DNA from: Gemmatimonadaceae bacterium
Lineage (GTDB): Bacteria; Gemmatimonadota; Gemmatimonadetes; Gemmatimonadales; Gemmatimonadaceae
NCBI GenBank assembly: GCA_045803545.1
Contig: JBJMOW010000004.1
Coordinates: 896,001-960,000, forward strand
Length of the DNA: 64,000 bases
Direction of reading: 5' to 3'
Shown: piece by piece, positions 29,432-40,870 of the stretch
How positions within the stretch are numbered: the stretch's first letter is position 1
How the letters are laid out: each line of letters opens with the position of its first letter
Notes under the pieces: generated by a model
Told to the model about the DNA's origin: nothing
The model's database searches: none
What the model saw: only the letters and a program-made list of their open reading frames with translations
Made by a program: the position numbers and the translations under genes

Positions 29432-30511
29432 CTAATCCACTTCGGAGAGGCGCTTCAGCGCCTTGAGGCGCTCGCTGTGCCCGATACGCGCTTTGTTGAC
29501 CGCTTCCTTGAGCCAATTGACCGATTGGTCGTAGACGTCGCGGTTCACCGGATAAGGATGACCGTCCTTGCCGCCGTGCGCAAAACTGAAACGAGCGGGA
29601 TCGCGCATGCTGGCCGGCGATCCGTACACGACGTCGGACACCAGCGCGAGCGCGCGTACGGACTTCGGCCCGACGCCGGGGATTGCAAGCAGCTGCTCAT
29701 AGGTCCGCGGGTTAGCCTCGTAGGTGCTCAACAAGACTTTGCGTAGATGCTTGGGATTGATGTCTTCCTGAATATCAACCCAATGCCTTTTCGGCAATTC
29801 CATGGATATCACGCGCGCGATTTCCTTGTCGACCAGGCGCGGCTCTTGTCGCGCGAAGTCGGTCGAGACATTTCTCGCCGCCGCCGATTCCGATGCGACC
29901 ATGTTCAGTACGGTCTCCGCCTGGGCATCGCTGGCGATCGCGGTGTGCGGCTCGTTGACGAAGTCGCTCACTTGTGAGCCGAGCCAGTGGTAGCGGCGCG
30001 CGTTTCCATCGTTGATGCGCATCCCTTGCTGAACGACAGCCCACTCGCCTTCAGTGCTGACGAAGAAGCTGTGGTGATAGATGCCGAATCCATCCTGAAC
30101 CGCTGCAGAATCGACTTTCGCTGCCATTCGGCTATTGTAGGCGAGTCGCGCTCCATCGACGCCCATGCGTGTTCCGTAATCGATCAGCTCTGAAGGCGTC
30201 CGCCGGGAAGTTTTGCCTTTCCCTCCGGCGACGAAGATCCCAATATCGTTTTGTCGTTTCGAAAGGCCTTCCTTGAGGGCTCCACAGACCGTTGTTGTCA
30301 CGCCGCTCGAATGCCAGTCGAAACCAAGTACACAGCCGAAGGCCTGGAACCATCGAGGGTCAGAGAGACGTCGCAGAAACTCAGCTCTGCCGTGCTCCAA
30401 AACCATGACTTCCGCGATAGCCGGGGCAAGCTCAGCCATACGCTGGAAAAGCCATTTTGGAGCTCTGCCGCCGTGTAGGGGAAGTGTAGCGCTACCAACG
30501 CGTTGCGGCAT
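29432..30511 (-). CDS. DUF763 domain protein
   Basis: LPLHGG.AP.WL, DWHSSGVTT, AKVDSAAVQDG, HhH-like GVGPKS, AHGGKDGHP. Confidence 0.9.
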   Translation of the reverse strand: MPQRVGSATLPLHGGRAPKWLFQRMAELAPAIAEVMVLEHGRAEFLRRLSDPRWFQAFGCVLGFDWHSSGVTTTVCGALKEGLSKRQNDIGIFVAGGKGKTSRRTPSELIDYGTRMGVDGARLAYNSRMAAKVDSAAVQDGFGIYHHSFFVSTEGEWAVVQQGMRINDGNARRYHWLGSQVSDFVNEPHTAIASDAQAETVLNMVASESAAARNVSTDFARQEPRLVDKEIARVISMELPKRHWVDIQEDINPKHLRKVLLSTYEANPRTYEQLLAIPGVGPKSVRALALVSDVVYGSPASMRDPARFSFAHGGKDGHPYPVNRDVYDQSVNWLKEAVNKARIGHSERLKALKRLSEVD

Positions 30512-30665
30512 CGCTCAGCAGTGAAAAAAAGGTATCAAAATAGTTAAAACGGATGTATATTAGGTGGTAGTCGAAATTCAATCCAACGGTGATTCCTAGG
30601 AGCGACCTAGTCGTCTCCGATAGTCTACCATCCGCGTCGTCTATTGCTACCTGCGAGGGCATGAA

Positions 30666-31460
30666 TTGATACGTGAATATGTGAAGAACGGATCGATGGG
30701 TGTGCTGGCGCTTCTCTGCGCCGCGTCCCGCTTTGTACCTGGAGCTCAGCCGGCCCCCCTGCTTTCGGCGCCGACTCTGTTGATGGCGGCTACCCGCTCC
30801 CATGACTCGACCGTCGCTTCTGTTACGACCGAGTACAAGACTGGCGTTGCCGCCAGGATCGATTCCGCGCTTCACGCGTTCTCCTCAGCAGTTAGACCGC
30901 TCAGTAGCCCCAAGGCGCTTGCGACGGCGTTCACGAGCTACTTCAACTACGCCAGTGTCCATCCGAGCGATGTCCGTAAACCGTACCTCTACTTCGTCGA
31001 TTACGGATTGCCGAGCACCGAGCCGCGTGGCTATGTGTTCGACATGAAGTCGATGTCGGTGGTCGAAGGCCCATTCACTGTCGCGCACGGCCGTGGTTCA
31101 TCGATTTCGCAGTATGGCGTCCCGACGAGATTTTCGAACGGCTTCGGCAGCGCGATGACGTCCCTCGGGCTCTACGTCGCGCAGGAATTGTATAGGTTCA
31201 CCGGTCATACCGGCGGGTCGGCGTATAGCTCCGTCGGTCTGCGTCTCGAGGGCGTCACGCCTGGCTACAACGATCACGCGCGTGCGCGTGGTGTTGTTGC
31301 TCACGGAGCGCCTTATGTGAGCGCGAGTAAAGCTGGTCGCAGCGAGGGCTGTCCGGCGATGGAGCAGGGCCGCGCACAGCGCGTGCTGCCCGAACTCGCC
31401 AACGGCGGAATGGTCTACCTCTTCTCGCCCAACGCCAGCCTGGTCGGCAGCGCGGAGTAA
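30666..31460 (+). CDS. Murein L,D-transpeptidase catalytic domain (YkuD_2-like) protein
   Basis: VAHGRG, FSN..GS..TSLG, HGAPYV...GRSEGC; start may be ATG 30696. Confidence 0.85.
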   Translation: MIREYVKNGSMGVLALLCAASRFVPGAQPAPLLSAPTLLMAATRSHDSTVASVTTEYKTGVAARIDSALHAFSSAVRPLSSPKALATAFTSYFNYASVHPSDVRKPYLYFVDYGLPSTEPRGYVFDMKSMSVVEGPFTVAHGRGSSISQYGVPTRFSNGFGSAMTSLGLYVAQELYRFTGHTGGSAYSSVGLRLEGVTPGYNDHARARGVVAHGAPYVSASKAGRSEGCPAMEQGRAQRVLPELANGGMVYLFSPNASLVGSAE

Positions 31461-31499
31461 TCAGGCTGTTTAGCTCACGGCTTGCGACAAGACGCGGCC

Positions 31500-32981
31500 G
31501 TGGGAATCTCATTTATCGATCGGATCTCATCGCGAGCTGACGGCCAGCTCTGGCCGCGTTGGCTTTTTCTGCGCGTGCTCGGGCTGATTTTCCTCAGCGC
31601 GTTTTATTCGCTGGCGTTCCAGATCCGAGGGCTGATCGGTGAGCGTGGTATTCTTCCGACCAGGTCCTATCTGCAGCAACTGTCGGGACTGCTCGGCGCG
31701 GTTGAGAAAGTTTGGTATGCTCCGACGCTCTTCTGGCTCAACTCCTCCGATGCCGCACTCACCACCGTGGTGGTGCTGGGCTCAGTCGCATCGATCCTGC
31801 TGGTATGCAACGTCGCGCCGCGCGCGATGATCGCGGTGTCCACGATCCTGTTTCTCACCTGCATCGCCGCGCTTCAGGATTTTTCGTGGTACCAGTCAGA
31901 CGGAATGCTGATGGAAGCCGGATTCATTTCCTTCTTCTTCGCGCCGGGTGGGCTGCGACCGGGACTCGGTGCGACATATCCACCGTCGCGCATTTCGCTG
32001 TTCATGCTGGAGTGGGAGTGGTTCCGGATCTACTTCGAGTCGGGTCTCGTCAAGATTCTGAGCGGTGACCCGACGTGGCGGAATCTCACAGCGATGGATC
32101 AGTACTACCAGAACGGTCCGCTGCCAGCGTGGCCGGGTTGGTACGTGCAGCATTGGCCACACTGGTATCACGCCGGCACCGTAATCCTCACCTTGTTCGT
32201 CGAATTGTTGCTGGTATGGGCGCTGTTCCTGCCGCGCCGCATTCGCATTGGGTCGTTTTTCATTTTCACCGCGCTGCAAATCGGCATCATCAGCACCGGG
32301 AATTACGCGTTTCTGAACTACCTCGTGCTCTGTCTCGGCGTGCTACTGCTCGATGACCGCTTTCTAGCACGATTTGGATTTCCGCTTGCCGAGACGCGGG
32401 CTGCGAGTCCGACTCGTGGTTCCCGGATATTTCGCCGCGTGGAGACAGCGGTTCTCTCAGTCGCTTTCTACTCGACCATTGTGGCGTTTCTGTGGGGTGG
32501 TTCCAGCTCGATTCTCGCGCTGCCCAATCGGCTGCTGGCGCCGTTCCGCATCGCCAACCCATATGGATTGTTTGCGGTGATGACACCAGCCCGCTACGAG
32601 ATCGAATTTCAGGGCAGCTCGGACGGCAGAGCGTGGGTGCCGTACCAATTCCGCTACAAGCCGCAGGACGTTTTCGAGCGTCCGGGGATATATGCGCCGT
32701 ATCAGCCGCGCTTCGAGTGGAACCTCTGGTTTGCATCGCTGGCGCCATGGCAGCAGAACCCATGGGTGGTCAACACCGAACAACGACTGATCGAAGGAAG
32801 TCCGAGCGTGTTGGGTTTATTCCGCGGCGATCCTTTCCACGGCAAACCACCGGCGATGGTGCGAACAATCATCTACCAATACTGGTTCACTGACCTCGCC
32901 ACCAGGCGTAGTTCAGGCGCCTGGTGGCGGCGAGAGGAGCTCGGTCAGTTCAGTCCCTCGCTCTCCGCGCTTTCCCGTTGA
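31500..32981 (+). CDS. Lipase maturation factor (LMF1) family membrane protein
   Basis: WLFLR.LG, DGMLMEAGF, ESGLVK, GNYAFLN, YGLFAVMT, PYQPR; GTG start uncertain. Confidence 0.88.
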   Translation: MGISFIDRISSRADGQLWPRWLFLRVLGLIFLSAFYSLAFQIRGLIGERGILPTRSYLQQLSGLLGAVEKVWYAPTLFWLNSSDAALTTVVVLGSVASILLVCNVAPRAMIAVSTILFLTCIAALQDFSWYQSDGMLMEAGFISFFFAPGGLRPGLGATYPPSRISLFMLEWEWFRIYFESGLVKILSGDPTWRNLTAMDQYYQNGPLPAWPGWYVQHWPHWYHAGTVILTLFVELLLVWALFLPRRIRIGSFFIFTALQIGIISTGNYAFLNYLVLCLGVLLLDDRFLARFGFPLAETRAASPTRGSRIFRRVETAVLSVAFYSTIVAFLWGGSSSILALPNRLLAPFRIANPYGLFAVMTPARYEIEFQGSSDGRAWVPYQFRYKPQDVFERPGIYAPYQPRFEWNLWFASLAPWQQNPWVVNTEQRLIEGSPSVLGLFRGDPFHGKPPAMVRTIIYQYWFTDLATRRSSGAWWRREELGQFSPSLSALSR

Positions 32982-33159
32982 GATAGGCACCCAGACATAG
33001 AAGTCCCATCGCAACTCCGAGCAGCAAACCATGGACGCCGTCGAACACATCCTCGGCAACCTTTGTGGCTGGATGCGTCAGAAAGTTCATCGCAAAAAAC
33101 GCGAGTATGAATACGTATCCAATCTTGATAATCAACTTGGTGTTCTTCTGCACTAGCAT
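32950..33159 (-). CDS. Small 2-TM hypothetical protein
   Basis: Two hydrophobic helices; GGAG SD; in operon with the XRE gene. Confidence 0.6.
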   Translation of the reverse strand: MLVQKNTKLIIKIGYVFILAFFAMNFLTHPATKVAEDVFDGVHGLLLGVAMGLLCLGAYLNGKARRARD

Positions 33160-33171
33160 CGAATTAATCTC

Positions 33172-33393
33172 CTAATCGGTTATGAAGTACCACGTCATCA
33201 GCGCCAGTTTGACGGCGCCCATCGCTACCACCACCGCAACCAGATCCCAGTTCATCACTCCGTTGGCGAAGTAGCGGTAGACGAAAATGCCCACCGCAAC
33301 CCAGGCTCCGACCAGTCCGGCGATGCTCGTCGAGCGTTGACGATGACGGAAGAACCGCTCGTCGATCTCGGTGCCGAGTATTGGGATCCTCAT
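33172..33393 (-). CDS. Small 2-TM protein (DER motif, DUF2178-like)
   Basis: IDERF then two TMs; ATGA-coupled to the XRE gene. Confidence 0.7.
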   Translation of the reverse strand: MRIPILGTEIDERFFRHRQRSTSIAGLVGAWVAVGIFVYRYFANGVMNWDLVAVVVAMGAVKLALMTWYFITD

Positions 33394-33602
33394 TTTTTCT
33401 TCTCCAGGCTGAAAATCTCATCCGTGCTCTTGCCAAAAACTCGCGCAAAAGTCAGCGCCAGTTCGAGGCTGGGCACGTAGCGCTCGCGCTCAATCGAGTT
33501 GATGCTCTGTCGCGAAACTCCTACCGCCGCAGCGAGCTCCTGCTGCGTCCAGCCTCGTTCGGTTCGGAGCTCTTTGACTCTATTTCGGATCGTCAGCGCC
33601 AT
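33390..33602 (-). CDS. XRE family HTH transcriptional regulator
   Basis: NRVKELR...TQQELA..VGVSRQSINSIE..RY.PSL. Confidence 0.93.
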   Translation of the reverse strand: MALTIRNRVKELRTERGWTQQELAAAVGVSRQSINSIERERYVPSLELALTFARVFGKSTDEIFSLEKKK

Positions 33603-33668
33603 GTAAAGTTAACTTTCCACAGCAAACATAAGACGGTTCAACCCAATGTCAAGTAAACTTTACTTGAC
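33602..33668. promoter_or_regulatory. Two palindromic operators, probable XRE autoregulation
   Basis: tgtaaagttaactttcca at 33602-33619; perfect gtcaagtaaa-c-tttacttgac at 33648-33668. Confidence 0.7.
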
Positions 33669-33914
33669 CGGGGCGGGACATACCCTAGGTTGAGCACGTA
33701 CTGATGAGCTCAGGGAGCCAGATTTTTCTGGGCGACTCGGCGTGATCTCGGCGGACGAGCTTGCTCTCTAGCTAAGCGATTGTATCACAAGTGGTTACGC
33801 AGCATGAATATGGTTGCTTCGAAGCCCAATTAGCTGTAGATTTCGGGCTACTTATTCAGGAGGCTTTTTGCACTCCTACTCAGCCTCCAAACCTCGTAGC
33901 GACTACCGCATTTA

Positions 33915-36439
<2,525 letters not shown>

Positions 36440-36443
<4 letters not shown>

Positions 36444-37576
36444 AGACCAAGCGGCTCGCCGTGGATAAACACCTCGAGGAAGTCAAGGATCTGCGTGCGT
36501 CTCTGCGTAAGGCAGAGAGCGAGATTCAGCGTCTGCTTGACGAGGCGTCCGCCCGTGGTGCGCTAGTCGACATCCTGCACGACGTGATGGGCTCGCTGTC
36601 GATGGGCGAGCTCTTTCACATGCTCGCCCGCCGTCTCGCGCGCGCTCTTAACCTCAGTCACTCGTCGGTGATCTTCGCCAAGTGCGGCGACACCATGGGA
36701 ACAGTCGCGTCGGCGCACGAAGATCCGCAGCTGGAGAATCTGCAGGTAGAGCTCGACAAGTATCCTGAGATCGAAGCGGCCCTGGCGAGCGAACAGCCGG
36801 TGCTGATTGGGGACATCTGGCACTCTGACGCCTACAAATTGCTTCGCGAGGCGTGGGAAAAGGATGGCAGCGTCATCTCGGTGCGGTCGATCATCGCTCT
36901 TCCGTTCCGTCTCGATCTCGATCGCACCGGGGTTTTCCTCCTCCGTCGCACCGCCGAGAAGCCAGCGCTCAACGAAGCGGATGTCGAGTTCGCGGAGACG
37001 GTGGTGAAGAGCGCGATGAACGCGATGCGTCGCGCGCACATGGTGGAAGTGACGCAGGCGGACAACCTGCGCCTCGAGGCGCTTGCGCGCACCGATCCGC
37101 TGACGCAGCTGCTCAATCGTCGCGCGCTGTTGCAGCAGCTCGCAACCGAAGTCGAGCGCACGCGCCGTTACAACGCGCCGCTGAGCATCCTGATGATCGA
37201 CGTCGACGAGTTCAAGGACGTCAACGACACCCACGGCCACCTCGCCGGTGATCAGGTGCTCGTCGAAGTCGCATTGCTTCTCGCTCGCACCGCGCGCAGC
37301 GTGGATTCAGTGGCGCGCTATGGTGGTGACGAGTTCGTGATCGCGGTCCCCGAGACCGGCGAAGCGGGCGCAATCGCGTTCGCAGAACGTTTGCGAGACA
37401 AGATCCAGTCGCACGCTTTCGACATCGGGAAGGGCCAGCCGCTCAAGCTGACGGTGAGCATCGGCGTCGCCGATTTTCCGGAAGCCAAAGTGGAGACCGC
37501 CGAGGATCTGCTCGATTGCGCGGACCAGGCGCTGTACCGGGCGAAGGCCGGGGGACGCAATCTGGTGTGCGTGTAG
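36440..37576 (+). CDS. GAF-GGDEF diguanylate cyclase
   Basis: TDPLT, RYGGDEF, RxxD site (RSVD); N-terminal GAF-like region. Confidence 0.9.
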
Positions 37577-37577
37577 G

Positions 37578-37619
37578 GCGGGATAGGAAATGCGGGAAGC
37601 GGGAAGCGGGAAGCGCTAA
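37578..37619. repeat. Heptamer run including (gcgggaa)x3
   Basis: gcgggat aggaaat gcgggaa gcgggaa gcgggaa gcgctaa. Confidence 0.8.
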
Positions 37620-37688
37620 AGGCATTTAGCTTCTAGGTTCGCCTTCGCTCCCGCGCACAGGCGCTCCATTCACGTTCCTGGTTTTACC

Positions 37689-38732
37689 ATGCCCAATTCG
37701 CGCCGCTGGCTTCGCAGTTCCCTCCTCCTCCCGCTTTTTCTTTTTGGCTGCGTCGTTGATTCTGCCAGAAAAGAGTCTGCGACCGACACGACAAATGCGG
37801 CGCCCGTTGTAACCGCGACTCCCGTGAATCACGGCACGCACGGGATGGCGGAGGAAGTGCGGTGGCTGTTCTCGCCGGATCGGAAAGCCCTCCTCGTCGT
37901 TGCTGATCCTGCGGGAGTCGAGAACGAGCCGGTCCCCGACGCTTTCTTCTTTGGCGACGAGTCGCGCGGGTTCCAGACTCAAATGGACAGCGTGTGGGAC
38001 GTCGCACCGTCCCCCGACTGGAAGTGGCTCGGGTTCAGTCGCGCATACACCGTCGTCGGTGGTGGTGGATCTGGCAGCGAGCTGTTGACCGATGCCGCTC
38101 GTCGAACGGCGATCGATACTGCGACGCTGCGCGCCGGATCGTTCCCGGCGAGCGGAATGTCCATGTCACGCGCCATCGCCCAGGCGGGCGTGATTCACAT
38201 TCCCGACAATCCGCGAGCGCAGGCTGCGGCAGACAGCGCCGCGCCCAGGCTTTTCCCGGTCGCACTCGGCTGGCGCGTACGGTGGACGACTGACGGATCG
38301 ACGCTGGCGCTGGGAAATAATCCTGCGTCTGCGCGCGACGACGCGCAAAGCGAGACATGGGCCGCGCTGGATCCGACGACGGGGATGATGCACGGCTCGT
38401 TGCCAGCCAATGCGAAGCTGGCTGATTTGAAGTTCACGCGTGGTCCGACACTGGATCCGTCGCTGCCGATCGATCTTACGCAGTCGCCGTCGATCCCGAT
38501 TCAGCGCGGAGATCGGAGGTACACGATCGAGAGTCGTCGCGGTGTGATTACGATCGCAGATCCAAACCCGCCTGGCGCCACGGGCGCGACGGGCGCGGAG
38601 CGAGTGGTCGGCGCCGGAGTCGCACTCGCAGCGACGGCCGGTGGTCGCTACATCATTGCGCTGGCACCGCGCAGTCGAGCAGCGCAGGGAGAACCTGCAG
38701 TCGAGCCTGTCGTTTACACTGTGGTCTGGTAG
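37689..38732 (+). CDS. Hypothetical lipoprotein (beta-propeller-like SPD motifs)
   Basis: LFGC lipobox; FSPDRK, PSPDW and WTTDG. Confidence 0.7.
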   Translation: MPNSRRWLRSSLLLPLFLFGCVVDSARKESATDTTNAAPVVTATPVNHGTHGMAEEVRWLFSPDRKALLVVADPAGVENEPVPDAFFFGDESRGFQTQMDSVWDVAPSPDWKWLGFSRAYTVVGGGGSGSELLTDAARRTAIDTATLRAGSFPASGMSMSRAIAQAGVIHIPDNPRAQAAADSAAPRLFPVALGWRVRWTTDGSTLALGNNPASARDDAQSETWAALDPTTGMMHGSLPANAKLADLKFTRGPTLDPSLPIDLTQSPSIPIQRGDRRYTIESRRGVITIADPNPPGATGATGAERVVGAGVALAATAGGRYIIALAPRSRAAQGEPAVEPVVYTVVW

Positions 38733-39179
38733 CTACTTCCCGATTCGGCGCAGCTCTACAAGCAGGCAGTGATCTTGAATGACGTCAATGCCGGCCTTGG
38801 CTAGACGTTCAGCGGCCTCATCATTTCTGATTCCCAGCTGGAAGAAGACCGTTTTCGGCTTCTTGGCGAGAATGTCGTCAACGTGCTGCGTGATGTCCTT
38901 CGGACGACGAAAGACATCTACAAGATCGATGTCGCCGGGGATATCGACGAGCTTGCGGTAGACCTTTTTCCCCATGATCTCGGTGAGATCGGGATAGTAC
39001 ACCGGGACGGGGACCACATCATAGCCGGCTTGTGACGCGTACTCGGGCACATAGTACGCGGGCTGTGCTTCATCCGGCTTCATGCCGATGACGGCGATCC
39101 GATGAGTACTTTCGAGGATCTGTTGAATTTTCGAGGGCGATTCAACTAAGTGATCGCGCCACGTATCGGTACCTAGCAT
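38733..39179 (-). CDS. CoA-binding protein (YccU-like)
   Basis: RIAVIG, IDLVDVFR, QLGIRN, DHC. Confidence 0.88.
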   Translation of the reverse strand: MLGTDTWRDHLVESPSKIQQILESTHRIAVIGMKPDEAQPAYYVPEYASQAGYDVVPVPVYYPDLTEIMGKKVYRKLVDIPGDIDLVDVFRRPKDITQHVDDILAKKPKTVFFQLGIRNDEAAERLAKAGIDVIQDHCLLVELRRIGK

Positions 39180-39190
39180 GGACTCTTAAA

Positions 39191-39217
39191 TTGCAAGAGC
39201 GAGTCCAGCTCTATAAT
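39191..39217 (+). promoter_or_regulatory. Sigma70-like promoter (TTGCAA...TATAAT)
   Basis: Perfect -10 at 39212-39217, 15-nt spacer, GGAG SD downstream. Confidence 0.5.
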
Positions 39218-39233
39218 TGGAGATTCACACGTA

Positions 39234-40379
39234 ATGCGAATGCTCGTGCTCGGCGCGGGGCTGCAAGGCTCCGCGTGTGCCTATGATCTGCTGCAGAATC
39301 CGGAAGTAAAAGAAGTTCGTCTCGCCGACTTGCATACTGGCCATCTGCCGCAGTTTCTCGCGCCGTTCTCCGGCGAGCGATTGATCTTCACACCATTGGA
39401 CGTGCGCGATCGTGAAGCGACACTCGCGCTGATGCGCGAGAGCGACGCGGCGATGAGCGCGATCCCGTACTACTTCAACTACGAGCTCGCAAAGCTCGCC
39501 GTGGAAGCTGGCGTGCACTTCTCCGACCTCGGCGGCAATACGGAAATCGTCTTCAAGCAGAAGACGCTCGACGCTGAAGCGAAAAAGAAAAGGATCACCG
39601 TGATTCCCGACTGCGGACTTGCGCCGGGAATGGTGAACATCCTCGCCGAGCATGCGATCGAGCAGCTGGACGAAGTGGATGCGGTGCGGATATTCGTCGG
39701 CGGACTGCCGCAGCATCCCGAGCCGCCGCTCAACTATCAAATCGTTTATTCACTCGAGGGTGTGCTCGACTATTACACGACGCTTTCGTGGGTGCTGCGC
39801 AATGGCAAGCGCACGCAGGTGACCGCTCTGTCGGAGATCGAGCCGGTTTACTTTGGTGGATCACTTGGTGAGCTCGAGGGATTCCACACGGCGGGTGGAT
39901 TGTCGACGATGGCGTTCCGCTACGAGGGGACGATTCCGACGATGGAATACAAGACGCTGCGATATCCAGGACATGCGCGGATCATGGAAGCTGTTCGCGA
40001 GCTGGGATTGCTGGAGCTCAATCCGGTCGACGTGAAGGGAATCAAAGTCGTGCCCCGCGATCTCGTTGTTGCCGCGATGGGTCCGCGTCTCACCAAACCG
40101 AACGGACACGATCTCGTTGCTTTGCGTGTGTTCGCCGAAGGAAAGAAGGGCGGCAAGCCGAAGCGCATCGGCTGGGAAATGGTGGACTACTACGACGAAG
40201 AGAACGGCATCAGTGCCATGGAGCGTTCGACCGGCTATTCGTTATCGATCACTGGCCAGATGCAGGTGCGCGGGGAGCTTGGGAAGGCAGGTGTCTTTAC
40301 GCCGGACGAAGCGATTCCGGCCGAGAAGTACGTTCGAGAGCTCGCGTCGCGCGGAGTAATGATCCACGAAATGAGGTAG
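39234..40379 (+). CDS. Saccharopine dehydrogenase / lysine 6-dehydrogenase family
   Basis: VLGAGLQG, DLGGN, CGLAPG, YKTLRYPGH, SAMERSTG. Confidence 0.9.
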   Translation: MRMLVLGAGLQGSACAYDLLQNPEVKEVRLADLHTGHLPQFLAPFSGERLIFTPLDVRDREATLALMRESDAAMSAIPYYFNYELAKLAVEAGVHFSDLGGNTEIVFKQKTLDAEAKKKRITVIPDCGLAPGMVNILAEHAIEQLDEVDAVRIFVGGLPQHPEPPLNYQIVYSLEGVLDYYTTLSWVLRNGKRTQVTALSEIEPVYFGGSLGELEGFHTAGGLSTMAFRYEGTIPTMEYKTLRYPGHARIMEAVRELGLLELNPVDVKGIKVVPRDLVVAAMGPRLTKPNGHDLVALRVFAEGKKGGKPKRIGWEMVDYYDEENGISAMERSTGYSLSITGQMQVRGELGKAGVFTPDEAIPAEKYVRELASRGVMIHEMR

Positions 40380-40382
40380 CCG

Positions 40383-40808
40383 ATGCCTGATTTGCGCTCC
40401 CCCGAGTGGACGATCTACCTGTTGCAGCTGCTCGTATCCGCATTCATCGCGGTGCTGTTCCTGCAATCGGGCCTCGACAAGGTTTTCGACCGGGCGGGCA
40501 ACCGGGCGTACCTTGACGAACATTTCGCCAAGAGCCCGTTAGCGCGGACGGTCGGGCCCATGTTCCTGACCATTACGATTCTCGAAGTAGTCGCGGGTGT
40601 CTTGAGCGGGCTGGGAGTTCTCCAGCTTTTGTTTCTCCGCTCTTCCTCGCTCGCTTTCTACGGTGCCCTCATCGCTGCGGCAAACATGGTGGCGCTGTTT
40701 TTCGGCCAACGTGTCTCCAAAGACTACGCCGGCGCAGCCGCGCTTGTCCCGTATTTCCTCCTGGCTCTCGTAGCGATCGTAGTCCTCGCCCAGCCAATCC
40801 ACGTTTAG
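40383..40808 (+). CDS. DoxX-like membrane protein
   Basis: FLQSGLDK, FFGQR..KDY.GA; 4 TM. Confidence 0.78.
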   Translation: MPDLRSPEWTIYLLQLLVSAFIAVLFLQSGLDKVFDRAGNRAYLDEHFAKSPLARTVGPMFLTITILEVVAGVLSGLGVLQLLFLRSSSLAFYGALIAAANMVALFFGQRVSKDYAGAAALVPYFLLALVAIVVLAQPIHV

Positions 40809-40870
40809 AGAACCAGCAACCCAACCGCGAGTAAGCTCGCAACTCGGACTAATCCGTTAGCCCGCAGCAC

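Noticed and set aside
30512..30665. AT-rich intergenic stretch
   Set aside because: Consistent with an ordinary divergent promoter region; no repeat or RNA motif recognised.
33701..33725. CTGATGA followed by a short stem, resembling a hammerhead ribozyme core
   Set aside because: The required GAAA after stem II is absent (CAGA instead) and flanking stems are not evident.
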